Positions 9,951 through 21,700 of a stretch of 64,000 bases of DNA are shown here, in pieces. The translations under genes and the position numbers were made by a program. Positions within the stretch are counted from its first letter, which is position 1; each line of letters opens with the position of its first letter. Source of the stretch: the human T2T-CHM13v2.0 reference genome, Homo sapiens; the NCBI RefSeq assembly GCF_009914755.1, contig NC_060929.1. One strand, given 5' to 3'. Below the pieces are notes generated by a model. It ran no database searches. It was not told the origin of the DNA and saw only the letters and a program-made list of their open reading frames with translations.

Positions 9951-12900
9951 CGCACACAACAGAAAGCAGTTTCTGAGGATGCTTCTGTCTGGTTTGTATG
10001 TGAAGTCATTTCCTTTTCCATCTAAATAGCCTCAAATGGCTAAAAGATCCACTTGCAGATACTACAAAAAGACTTTCAAAACTGCTCTCTCAAAAGGAAG
10101 GTTCAACTGTGTGAGTTGAATGCACACATCACATAGCAGTTTTTGAGAACGCTTCTGTCTAGTTTGTATGTGAAGAGATTCCATTTACAACGAATTCCTC
10201 AAAGAGCTCCAAATATCCACAAGCAGATTCTACAAAAGCAGTGTTTTGAAACTGCTCTATCGATAGAAAGGTTCAACTCTGTTAATTGAACACACACATC
10301 CTAAGGAGTTTCTGAGAAACCTTCTGTCTAGTTTTCATTTGAAGATATTTCTTTTTCCACCATACGCAACAAGGCGCTCCAAAGGAACTCTTGCGGATTC
10401 TACAAAAAGCGTGTTTCTACACTGCTCTATCAAAAGAAAGTTTCAAGTCTGTGAGTTGAATTGCACACATCCCAGTGATCTTTCGGAAAATGCATGGGTC
10501 TACTTTTCATGTGAAGATACCCGTTTCCAACGAATTCTTCAAAGAGTTCCAAGTATCCACAAGCAGATTCTACAAAAGGAGTGCTTAAATGCTGGTCTAT
10601 CTAAAGACAGATTCAACTCTGTTAGTTTAATGCACACATCTCAGTGAAGTTCCTGAGAATGCTTCTTTCTAGTTTTTATGTGAATATGTCTCCTTTTCCA
10701 CCATAGGCTTCAAAGCGCTCCAAATGAGAACTGGCAGATCCTCATAAAAGACGGCCTCTAAACCGCTCTATCAAAAGAAGGGTTCCACTCCAAGAGGTGA
10801 ATTCACATATCACGAAGAAGTTTCTGAGAATGCTTCTGTCCAATTTTTATGTGAGGATATTCCCTTTTCCATCATAGGACTCAAGTCGCTCTAAATATCC
10901 AATTTCAGATACTACAAAAAGACTGTTTCAAAACCGCTCTCTCAAAGGGAAGGTTCAAGTCCGTGAGTTGAATGCACACATCACAAAGCAGTTCCTGAGA
11001 ATGCTTCTGTCTAATTTGTATCTCAAGTTATTTCTTTTTCCATCATAGGCCTCAAATCGTTCCAAATATCCACTTGCAAATACTACAAAAAGACTGTTTC
11101 GAAAGTTCTCTCTCAAAAGGAAGGTTCAACTCTGTGAGTTGAATGCACACATCACAAGGCAGTTTCTGAAAATGCTTCCGTCTAGTTTTTTATTTGAAGG
11201 TATTTCCTTTTCCTTCTTCGGCCTCAAATCACTGCAAATATCCACTTGCAGACACTACAAAAAGACTGTTTCAAAACCGCTCTCTCAAAAGGAAGGTTCG
11301 ACTCTGTGAGTTGAATGCACACGTTACGAAGCAGTTTCTGAGAATGCTTCTGTCTATTTTTCAGGTGAAGATATCACTTTTTCCAACATACGTAAAAAAG
11401 TACTGGAAATGAACACTTGCAGATTCTACAAAAAGTATGTTTCAACACTGCTCTATCAAAAGAAAGGTTCAACGATGTGAATTGAACACACACATCACAA
11501 AGGAGTTTCAGAGAATGCTTCTGTCTAGTGTTTAAGTGACGATATTACCTTTTCCCACATAGGCAACAAAGCGCTCCAAATGAATACTTGTGGGTTCTAC
11601 AAAAAGTGTGTTTCAACACTGCTCTATCAAAAGAAAGTTTCAAGTCTGTGAGTTCAATGCACACATCACAACGAACTTTCTGAGAATGCTTGGGTCTACT
11701 TTTTATGTGAAGATACCCGTTTCCAACGAATAACTCAAAGAGTTCCAAATATACACAGTCAGATACTGCAAAAGGAGTGTTTCATTCCTGCTCTGTCAAA
11801 AGACAGTTTCAACTATGTTAGTTGAATGCACACATCTCAGTGAAGTTCCTGAGGAGGCTTCTGCCTAGTTTTTTGTGAAGATATTCCCTTTTCCACCATG
11901 GGCTTCACAGCGCTCCAAATGAAAAATTCCAGGTCCTACCAAAAGACTGATTCAAAACTGCTCTCTCAAAAGGAAGGTTCAACTGTGTGAGTTGAATGCA
12001 CACATCACAAAGCAGTTCCTGAGAATGCTTCTGTCTAGTTCGTATGTGAAGATATTTCCTTTTCCACCATAGGCCTCAAATCGCTACAAATATCCACTTG
12101 CAGATACTACAAAAATACCGTTTCAACACTGCTCTCTCCAATGGAAGGTTCAACTCTGTGAGTTGAATGCACACATCACAAAGCAGTTTCTGAGAATGCT
12201 TCTGTCTAGTCTAGTTAGAATGTGAAGATATCCCGTTTACAAAGAATTCCTCCGAGAGCTCTAAATATCTGGAAGCAGATTCTACAAAAGCAGTGCTTCA
12301 AACCTGCTCTATCAAAGGAAAGGTTCAGCTCCGGGAATTGAACACAAGCATCACAAAGGAGTTTCTGAGAATGCTTCTGTCTAGTGTTTCTATGAAGATA
12401 ATTCTTTTTCTACCATAGGCAACAATACGCTGCAAATGAACACTTGCAGATTTCACAAAAACTGTGTTTTAACACTGCTCTATCAAAACAAAGGTCCAAG
12501 TCTGTGAGTTGACTGCACACATCACAAAGCAGTTTCTGAGAATGATTCTGTCTAGCTTTTTATGTAACGATATTTTCTTTCCACCATAGGCAACAAAGCA
12601 CACAGAATGAAATCTTGCGGATTCTACAAAAAGTGTGTTTCAACACTGCTCTATCCAAAGAAAGGTTCGAGTCCGTGAGTTGAACGCACACAACAGAAAG
12701 CAGTTTCTGAGGATGCTTCTGTCTGGTTTGTATGTGAAGTCATTTCCTTTTCCATCTAAATAGCCTCAAATGGCTGAAAGATCCACTTGCAGATACTACA
12801 AAAAGACTTTCAAAACTGCTCTCTCAAAAGGAAGGTTCAACTGTGTGAGTTGAATGCACACATCACATAGCAGTTTTTGAGAACGCTTCTGTCTAGTTTG

Positions 12901-15900
12901 TATGTGAAGAGATTCCATTTACAACGAATTCCTCAAAGAGCTCCAAATATCCACAAGCAGATTCTACAAAAGCAGTGTTTTGAAACTGCTCTATCGATAG
13001 AAAGGTTCAACTCTGTTAATTGAACACACACATCCTAAGGAGTTTCTGAGAAACCTTCTGTCTAGTTTTTATTTGAAGATATTTCTTTTTCCACCATACG
13101 CAACAAGGCGCTCCAAAGGAACTCTTGCGGATTCTACAAAAAGCGTGTTTCTACACTGCTCTATCAAAAGAAAGTTTCAAGTCTGTGAGTTGAATTGCAC
13201 ACATCCCAGTGATCTTTCGGAAAATGCATGGGTCTACTTTTCATGTGAAGATACCCGTTTCCAACGAATTCTTCAAAGAGTTCCAAGTATCCACAAGCAG
13301 ATTCTACAAAAGGAGTGCTTAAATGCTGGTCTATCTAAAGACAGATTCAACTCTGTTAGTTAAATGCACACATCTCAGTGAAGTTCCTGAGAATGCTTCT
13401 TTCTAGTTTTTATGTGAATATGTCTCCTTTTCCACCATAGGCTTCAAAGCGCTCCAAATGAGAACTGGCAGATCCTCATAAAAGACGGCCTCTAAACCGC
13501 TCTATCAAAAGAAGGGTTCCACTCCAAGAGGTGAATTCACATATCATGAAGAAGTTTCTGAGAATGCTTCTGTCCAATTTTTATGTGAGGATATTCCCTT
13601 TTCCATCATAGGACTCAAGTCGCTCTAAATATCCAATTTCAGATACTACAAAAAGACTGTTTCAAAACCGCTCTCTCAAAGGGAAGGTTCAAGTCCGTGA
13701 GTTGAATGCACACATCACAAAGCAGTTCCTGAGAATGCTTCTGTCTAATTTGTATCTCAAGTTATTTCCTTTTCCATCATAGGTCTCAAATCGCTCCAAA
13801 TATCCACTTGCAAATACTACAAAAAGACTGTTTCGAAAGTTCTCTCTCAAAAGGAAGGTTCAACTCTGTGAGTTGAATGCACACATCACAAGGCAGTTTC
13901 TGAAAATGCTTCCGTCTAGTTTTTTATTTGAAGGTATTTCCTTTTCCTTCTTCGGCCTCAAATCACTGCAAATATCCACTTGCAGACACTACAAAAAGAC
14001 TGTTTCAAAACCGCTCTCTCAAAAGGAAGGTTCGACTCTGTGAGTTGAATGCACACGTTACGAAGCAGTTTCTGAGAATGCTTCTGTCTATTTTTCAGGT
14101 GAAGATATCACTTTTTCCAACATACGTAAAAAAGTACTGGAAATGAACACTTGCAGATTCTACAAAAAGTATGTTTCAACACTGCTCTATCAAAAGAAAG
14201 GTTCAACGATGTGAATTGAACACACACATCACAAAGGAGTTTCAGAGAATGCTTCTGTCTAGTGTTTAAGTGACGATATTACCTTTTCCCACATAGGCAA
14301 CAAAGCGCTCCAAATGAATACTTGTGGGTTCTACAACAAGTGTGTTTCAACACTGCTCTATCAAAAGAAAGTTTCAAGTCTGTGAGTTGAATGCACACAT
14401 CACAACGAACTTTCTGAGAATGCTTGGGTCTACTTTTTATGTGAAGATACCCGTTTCCAACGAATAACTCAAAGAGTTCCAAATATACACAGTCAGATAC
14501 TGCAAAAGGAGTGTTTCATTCCTGCTCTGTCAAAAGACAGTTTCAACTATGTTAGTTGAATGCACACATCTCAGTGAAGTTCCTGAGGAGGCTTCTGCCT
14601 AGTTTTTTGTGAAGATATTCCCTTTTCCACCATGGGCTTCACAGTGCTCCAAATGAAAAATTCCAGGTCCTACCAAAAGACTGATTCAAAACTGCTCTAT
14701 CAAAAGGAAGGTTCAACTGTGTGAGTTGAATGCACACATCACAAAGCAGTTCCTGAGAATGCTTCTGTCTAGTTTGTATGTGAAGATATTTCCTTTTCCA
14801 CCATAGGCCTCAAATCGCTCCAAATATCCACTTGCAGATACTACAAAAATACCGTTTCAACACTGCTCTCTCCAATGGAAGGTTCAACTCTGTGAGTTGA
14901 ATGCACACATCACAAAGCAGTTTCTGAGAATGCTTCTGTCTAGTCTAGTTAGAATGTGAAGATATCCCGTTTACAACGAATTCCTCCGAGAGCTCTAAAT
15001 ATCTGGAAGCAGATTCTACAAAAGCAGTGCTTCAAACCTGCTCTATCAAAGGAAAGGTTCAGCTCGGGGAATTGAACACAAACATCACAAAGGAGTTTCT
15101 GAGAATGCTTCTGTCTAGTGTTTCTATGAAGATAATTCTTTTTCTACCATAGGCAACAATACGCTGCAAATGAACACTTACAGATTTCACAAAAACTGTG
15201 TTTTAACACTGCTCTATCAAAACAAAGGTCCAAGTCTGTGAGTTGACTGCACACATCACAAAGCAGTTTCTGAGAATGATTCTGTCTAGCTTTTTATGTA
15301 ACGATATTTTCTTTCCACCATAGGCAACAAAGCACACGGAATGAAATCTTGCGGATTCTACAAAAAGTGTGTTTCAACACTGCTCTATCCAAAGAAAGGT
15401 TCGAGTCCGTGAGTTGAACGCACACAACAGAAAGCAGTTTCTGAGGATGCTTCTGTCTGGTTTGTATGTGAAGTCATTTCCTTTTCCATCTAAATAGCCT
15501 CAAATGGCTAAAAGATCCACTTGCAGATACTACAAAAAGATTTTCAAAACTGCTCTCTCAAAAGGAAGGTTCAACTGTGTGAGTTGAATGCACACATCAC
15601 ATAGCAGTTTTTGAGAACGCTTCTGTCTAGTTTGTATGTGAAGAGATTCCATTTACAACGAATTCCTCAAAGAGCTCCAAATATCCACAAGCAGATTCTA
15701 CAAAAACAGTGTTATGAAACTGCTCTATCGATAGAAAGGTTCAACTCTGTTAATTGAACACACACATCCTAAGGAGTTTCTGAGAAACCTTCTGTCTAGT
15801 TTTTATTTGAAGATATTTCTTTTTCCACCATACGCAACAAGGCGCTCCAAAGGAACTCTTGCGGATTCTACAAAAAGCGTGTTTCTACACTGCTCTATCA

Positions 15901-17182
15901 AAAGAAAGTTTCAAGTCTGTGAGTTGAATTGCACACATCCCAGTGATCTTTCGGAAAATGCATGGGTCTACTTTTCATGTGAAGGTACCCGTTTCCAACG
16001 AATTCTTCAAAGAGTTCCAAGTATCCACAAGCAGATTCTACAAAAGGAGTGCTTAAATGCTGGTCTATCTAAAGACAGATTCAACTCTGTTAGTTAAATG
16101 CACACATCTCAGTGAAGTTCCTGAGAATGCTTCTTTCTAGTTTTTATGTGAATATGTCTCCTTTTCCACCATAGGCTTCAAAGCGCTCCAAATGAGAACT
16201 GGCAGATCCTCATAAAAGACGGCCTCTAAACCGCTCTATCAAAAGAAGGGTTCCACTCCAAGAGGTGAATTCACATATCACGAAGAAGTTTCTGAGAATG
16301 CTTCTGTCCAATTTTTATGTGAGGATATTCCCTTTTCCATCATAGGACTCAAGTCGCTCTAAATATCCAATTTCAGATACTACAAAAAGACTGTTTCAAA
16401 ACCGCTCTCTCAAAGGGAAGGTTCAAGTCCGTGAGTTGAATGCACACATCACAAAGCAGTTCCTGAGAATGCTTCTGTCTAATTTGTATCTCAAGTTAAT
16501 TCTTTTTCCATCATAGGCCTCAAATCGTTCCAAATATCCACTTGCAAATACTGCAAAAAGACTGTTTCGAAAGTTCTCTCTCAAAAGGAAGGTTCAACTC
16601 TGTGAGTTGAATGCACACATCACAAGGCAGTTTCTGAAAATGCTTCCGTCTAGTTTTTTATTTGAAGGTATTTCCTTTTCCTTCTTTGGCCTCAAATCAC
16701 TGCAAATATCCACTTGCAGACACTACAAAAAGACTGTTTCAAAACCGCTCTCTCAAAAGGAAGGTTCGACTCTGTGAGTTGAATGCACACGTTACGAAGC
16801 AGTTTCTGAGAATGCTTCTGTCTATTTTTCAGGTGAAGATATCACTTTTTCCAACATACGTAAAAAAGTACTGGAAATGAACACTTGCAGATTCTACAAA
16901 AAGTATGTTTCAACACTGCTCTATCAAAAGAAAGGTTCAACGATGTGAATTGAACACACACATCACAAAGGAGTTTCAGAGAATGCTTCTGTCTAGTGTT
17001 TAAGTGACGATATTACCTTTTCCCACATAGGCAACAAAGCGCTCCAAATGAATACTTGTGGGTTCTACAAAAAGTGTGTTTCAACACTGCTCTATCAAAA
17101 GAAAGTTTCAAGTCTGTGAGTTCAATGCACACATCACAACGAACTTTCTGAGAATGCTTGGGTCTACTTCTTATGTGAAGAT

Positions 17183-17199
17183 ACCCGTTTCCAACGAAT
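17183..17199 (-). promoter_or_regulatory. CENP-B box 1 of the HOR (shown in copy 7; intact in copies 2-24, mutated in copy 1 at 783-799)
   Basis: + strand ACCCGTTTCCAACGAAT = - strand ATTCGTTGGAAACGGGT, matching the core TTCGnnnnAnnCGGG. Copy 1 reads ACCCATTTCCAACGAAT. Confidence 0.93.
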
Positions 17200-17523
17200 A
17201 ACTCAAAGAGTTCCAAATATACACAGTCAGATACTGCAAAAGGAGTGTTTCATTCCTGCTCTGTCAAAAGACAGTTTCAACTATGTTAGTTGAATGCACA
17301 CATCTCAGTGAAGTTCCTGAGGAGGCTTCTGCCTAGTTTTTTGTGAAGATATTCCCTTTTCCACCATGGGCTTCACAGCGCTCCAAATGAAAAATTCCAG
17401 GTCCTACCAAAAGACTGATTCAAAACTGCTCTATCAAAAGGAAGGTTCAACTGTGTGAGTTGAATGCACACATCACAAAGCAGTTCCTGAGAATGCTTCT
17501 GTCTAGTTTGTATGTGAAGATAT

Positions 17524-17540
17524 TTCCTTTTCCACCATAG
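17524..17540 (+). promoter_or_regulatory. pJalpha (A-box) motif, perfect match (copies 5-14 and 23); related degenerate A-boxes occupy the other A-type monomers
   Basis: TTCCTTTTCCACCATAG matches the pJalpha consensus TTCCTTTTYCACCRTAG at the monomer position equivalent to the CENP-B box. Copies 1-4 and 15-22 read TTCCTTTTCCATCATAG. Confidence 0.75.
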
Positions 17541-17698
17541 GCCTCCAATCGCTCCAAATATCCACTTGCAGATACTACAAAAATACCGTTTCAACACTGC
17601 TCTCTCCAATGGAAGGTTCAACTCTGTGAGTTGAATGCACACATCACAAAGCAGTTTCTGAGAATGCTTCTGTCTAGTCTAGTTAGAATGTGAAGATA

Positions 17699-17715
17699 TC
17701 CCGTTTACAACGAAT
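17699..17715 (-). promoter_or_regulatory. CENP-B box 2 of the HOR (shown in copy 7; intact in copies 1-3, 6-14, 23; broken in 4, 5, 15-22)
   Basis: + strand TCCCGTTTACAACGAAT = - strand ATTCGTTGTAAACGGGA. All 9 core positions are retained, with one non-core deviation. Confidence 0.88.
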
Positions 17716-18380
17716 TCCTCCGAGAGCTCTAAATATCTGGAAGCAGATTCTACAAAAGCAGTGCTTCAAACCTGCTCTATCAAAGGAAAGGTTCAGCTCG
17801 GGGAATTGAACACAAGCATCACAAAGGAGTTTCTGAGAATGCTTCTGTCTAGTGTTTCTATGAAGATAATTCTTTTTCTACCATAGGCAACAATACGCTG
17901 CAAATGAACACTTGCAGATTTCACAAAAACTGTGTTTTAACACTGCTCTATCAAAACAAAGGTCCAAGTCTGTGAGTTGACTGCACACATCACAAAGCAG
18001 TTTCTGAGAATGATTCTGTCTAGCTTTTTATGTAACGATATTTTCTTTCCACCATAGGCAACAAAGCACACGGAATGAAATCTTGCGGATTCTACAAAAA
18101 GTGTGTTTCAACACTGCTCTATCCAAAGAAAGGTTCGAGTCCGTGAGTTGAACGCACACAACAGAAAGCAGTTTCTGAGGATGCTTCTGTCTGGTTTGTA
18201 TGTGAAGTCATTTCCTTTTCCATCTAAATAGCCTCAAATGGCTAAAAGATCCACTTGCAGATACTACAAAAAGATTTTCAAAACTGCTCTCTCAAAAGGA
18301 AGGTTCAACTGTGTGAGTTGAATGCACACATCACATAGCAGTTTTTGAGAACGCTTCTGTCTAGTTTGTATGTGAAGAGA

Positions 18381-18397
18381 TTCCATTTACAACGAAT
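18381..18397 (-). promoter_or_regulatory. Degenerate CENP-B box 3 (core broken in all copies)
   Basis: + strand TTCCATTTACAACGAAT = - strand ATTCGTTGTAAATGGAA. The CGGG half-site is changed to TGGA. It is further decayed (CAATGAA) in copies 3 and 23. Confidence 0.85.
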
Positions 18398-18720
18398 TCC
18401 TCAAAGAGCTCCAAATATCCACAAGCAGATTCTACAAAAACAGTGTTTTGAAACTGCTCTATCGATAGAAAGGTTCAACTCTGTTAATTGAACACACACA
18501 TCCTAAGGAGTTTCTGAGAAACCTTCTGTCTAGTTTTTATTTGAAGATATTTCTTTTTCCACCATACGCAACAAGGTGCTCCAAAGGAACTCTTGCGGAT
18601 TCTACAAAAAGCGTGTTTCTACACTGCTCTATCAAAAGAAAGTTTCAAGTCTGTGAGTTGAATTGCACACATCCCAGTGATCTTTCGGAAAATGCATGGG
18701 TCTACTTTTCATGTGAAGAT

Positions 18721-18737
18721 ACCCGTTTCCAACGAAT
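18721..18737 (-). promoter_or_regulatory. CENP-B box 4 of the HOR (shown in copy 7; broken in copies 15, 22, 23)
   Basis: + strand ACCCGTTTCCAACGAAT. The variants are ACTCGTTT at 40593 and CCAACGACT at 59731 and 62465. Confidence 0.92.
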
Positions 18738-21700
18738 TCTTCAAAGAGTTCCAAGTATCCACAAGCAGATTCTACAAAAGGAGTGCTTAAATGCTGGTCT
18801 ATCTAAAGACAGATTCAACTCTGTTAGTTAAATGCACACATCTCAGTGAAGTTCCTGAGAATGCTTCTTTCTAGTTTTTATGTGAATATGTCTCCTTTTC
18901 CACCATAGGCTTCAAAGCGCTCCAAATGAGAACTGGCAGATCCTCATAAAAGACGGCCTCTAAACCGCTCTATCAAAAGAAGGGTTCCACTCCAAGAGGT
19001 GAATTCACATATCACGAAGAAGTTTCTGAGAATGCTTCTGTCCAATTTTTATGTGAGGATATTCCCTTTTCCATCATAGGACTCAAGTCGCTCTAAATAT
19101 CCAATTTCAGATACTACAAAAAGACTGTTTCAAAACCGCTCTCTCAAAGGGAAGGTTCAAGTCCGTGAGTTGAATGCACACATCACAAAGCAGTTCCTGA
19201 GAATGCTTCTGTCTAATTTGTATCTCAAGTTATTTCCTTTTCCATCATAGGCCTCAAATCGCTCCAAATATCCACTTGCAAATACTACAAAAAGACTGTT
19301 TCGAAAGTTCTCTCTCAAAAGGAAGGTTCAACTCTGTGAGTTGAATGCACACATCACAAGGCAGTTTCTGAAAATGCTTCCGTCTAGTTTTTTATTTGAA
19401 GGTATTTCCTTTTCCTTCTTCGGCCTCAAATCACTGCAAATATCCACTTGCAGACACTACAAAAAGACTGTTTCAAAACCGCTCTCTCAAAAGGAAGGTT
19501 CGACTCTGTGAGTTGAATGCACACGTTACGAAGCAGTTTCTGAGAATGCTTCTGTCTATTTTTCAGGTGAAGATATCACTTTTTCCAACATACGTAAAAA
19601 AGTACTGGAAATGAACACTTGCAGATTCTACAAAAAGTATGTTTCAACACTGCTCTATCAAAAGAAAGGTTCAACGATGTGAATTGAACACACACATCAC
19701 AAAGGAGTTTCAGAGAATGCTTCTGTCTAGTGTTTAAGTGACGATATTACCTTTTCCCACATAGGCAACAAAGCGCTCCAAATGAATACTTGTGGGTTCT
19801 ACAAAAAGTGTGTTTCAACACTGCTCTATCAAAAGAAAGTTTCAAGTCTGTGAGTTCAATGCACACATCACAACGAACTTTCTGAGAATGCTTGGGTCTA
19901 CTTCTTATGTGAAGATACCCGTTTCCAACGAATAACTCAAAGAGTTCCAAATATACACAGTCAGATACTGCAAAAGGAGTGTTTCATTCCTGCTCTGTCA
20001 AAAGACAGTTTCAACTATGTTAGTTGAATGCACACATCTCAGTGAAGTTCCTGAGGAGGCTTCTGCCTAGTTTTTTGTGAAGATATTCCCTTTTCCACCA
20101 TGGGCTTCACAGCGCTCCAAATGAAAAATTCCAGGTCCTACCAAAAGACTGATTCAAAACTGCTCTATCAAAAGGAAGGTTCAACTGTGTGAGTTGAATG
20201 CACACATCACAAAGCAGTTCCTGAGAATGCTTCTGTCTAGTTTGTATGTGAAGATATTTCCTTTTCCACCATAGGCCTCCAATCGCTCCAAATATCCACT
20301 TGCAGATACTACAAAAATACCGTTTCAACACTGCTCTCTCCAATGGAAGGTTCAACTCTGTGAGTTGAATGCACACATCACAAAGCAGTTTCTGAGAATG
20401 CTTCTGTCTAGTCTAGTTAGAATGTGAAGATATCCCGTTTACAACGAATTCCTCCGAGAGCTCTAAATATCTGGAAGCAGATTCTACAAAAGCAGTGCTT
20501 CAAACCTGCTCTATCAAAGGAAAGGTTCAGCTCGGGGAATTGAACACAAGCATCACAAAGGAGTTTCTGAGAATGCTTCTGTCTAGTGTTTCTATGAAGA
20601 TAATTCTTTTTCTACCATAGGCAACAATACGCTGCAAATGAACACTTGCAGATTTCACAAAAACTGTGTTTTAACACTGCTCTATCAAAACAAAGGTCCA
20701 AGTCTGTGAGTTGACTGCACACATCACAAAGCAGTTTCTGAGAATGATTCTGTCTAGCTTTTTATGTAACGATATTTTCTTTCCACCATAGGCAACAAAG
20801 CACACGGAATGAAATCTTGCGGATTCTACAAAAAGTGTGTTTCAACACTGCTCTATCCAAAGAAAGGTTCGAGTCCGTGAGTTGAACGCACACAACAGAA
20901 AGCAGTTTCTGAGGATGCTTCTGTCTGGTTTGTATGTGAAGTCATTTCCTTTTCCATCTAAATAGCCTCAAATGGCTAAAAGATCCACTTGCAGATACTA
21001 CAAAAAGATTTTCAAAACTGCTCTCTCAAAAGGAAGGTTCAACTGTGTGAGTTGAATGCACACATCACATAGCAGTTTTTGAGAACGCTTCTGTCTAGTT
21101 TGTATGTGAAGAGATTCCATTTACAACGAATTCCTCAAAGAGCTCCAAATATCCACAAGCAGATTCTACAAAAACAGTGTTTTGAAACTGCTCTATCGAT
21201 AGAAAGGTTCAACTCTGTTAATTGAACACACACATCCTAAGGAGTTTCTGAGAAACCTTCTGTCTAGTTTTTATTTGAAGATATTTCTTTTTCCACCATA
21301 CGCAACAAGGTGCTCCAAAGGAACTCTTGCGGATTCTACAAAAAGCGTGTTTCTACACTGCTCTATCAAAAGAAAGTTTCAAGTCTGTGAGTTGAATTGC
21401 ACACATCCCAGTGATCTTTCGGAAAATGCATGGGTCTACTTTTCATGTGAAGATACCCGTTTCCAACGAATTCTTCAAAGAGTTCCAAGTATCCACAAGC
21501 AGATTCTACAAAAGGAGTGCTTAAATGCTGGTCTATCTAAAGACAGATTCAACTCTGTTAGTTAAATGCACACATCTCAGTGAAGTTCCTGAGAATGCTT
21601 CTTTCTAGTTTTTATGTGAATATGTCTCCTTTTCCACCATAGGCTTCAAAGCGCTCCAAATGAGAACTGGCAGATCCTCATAAAAGACGGCCTCTAAACC

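Noticed and set aside
10620-10647. Extended ORF (102 aa) in copy 4 and 93 aa ORF in copy 2 as possible de novo genes
   Set aside because: They are explained by one substitution removing a stop codon (TAA>TTA) and by the 5-bp deletion frameshift respectively. Nothing supports expression.
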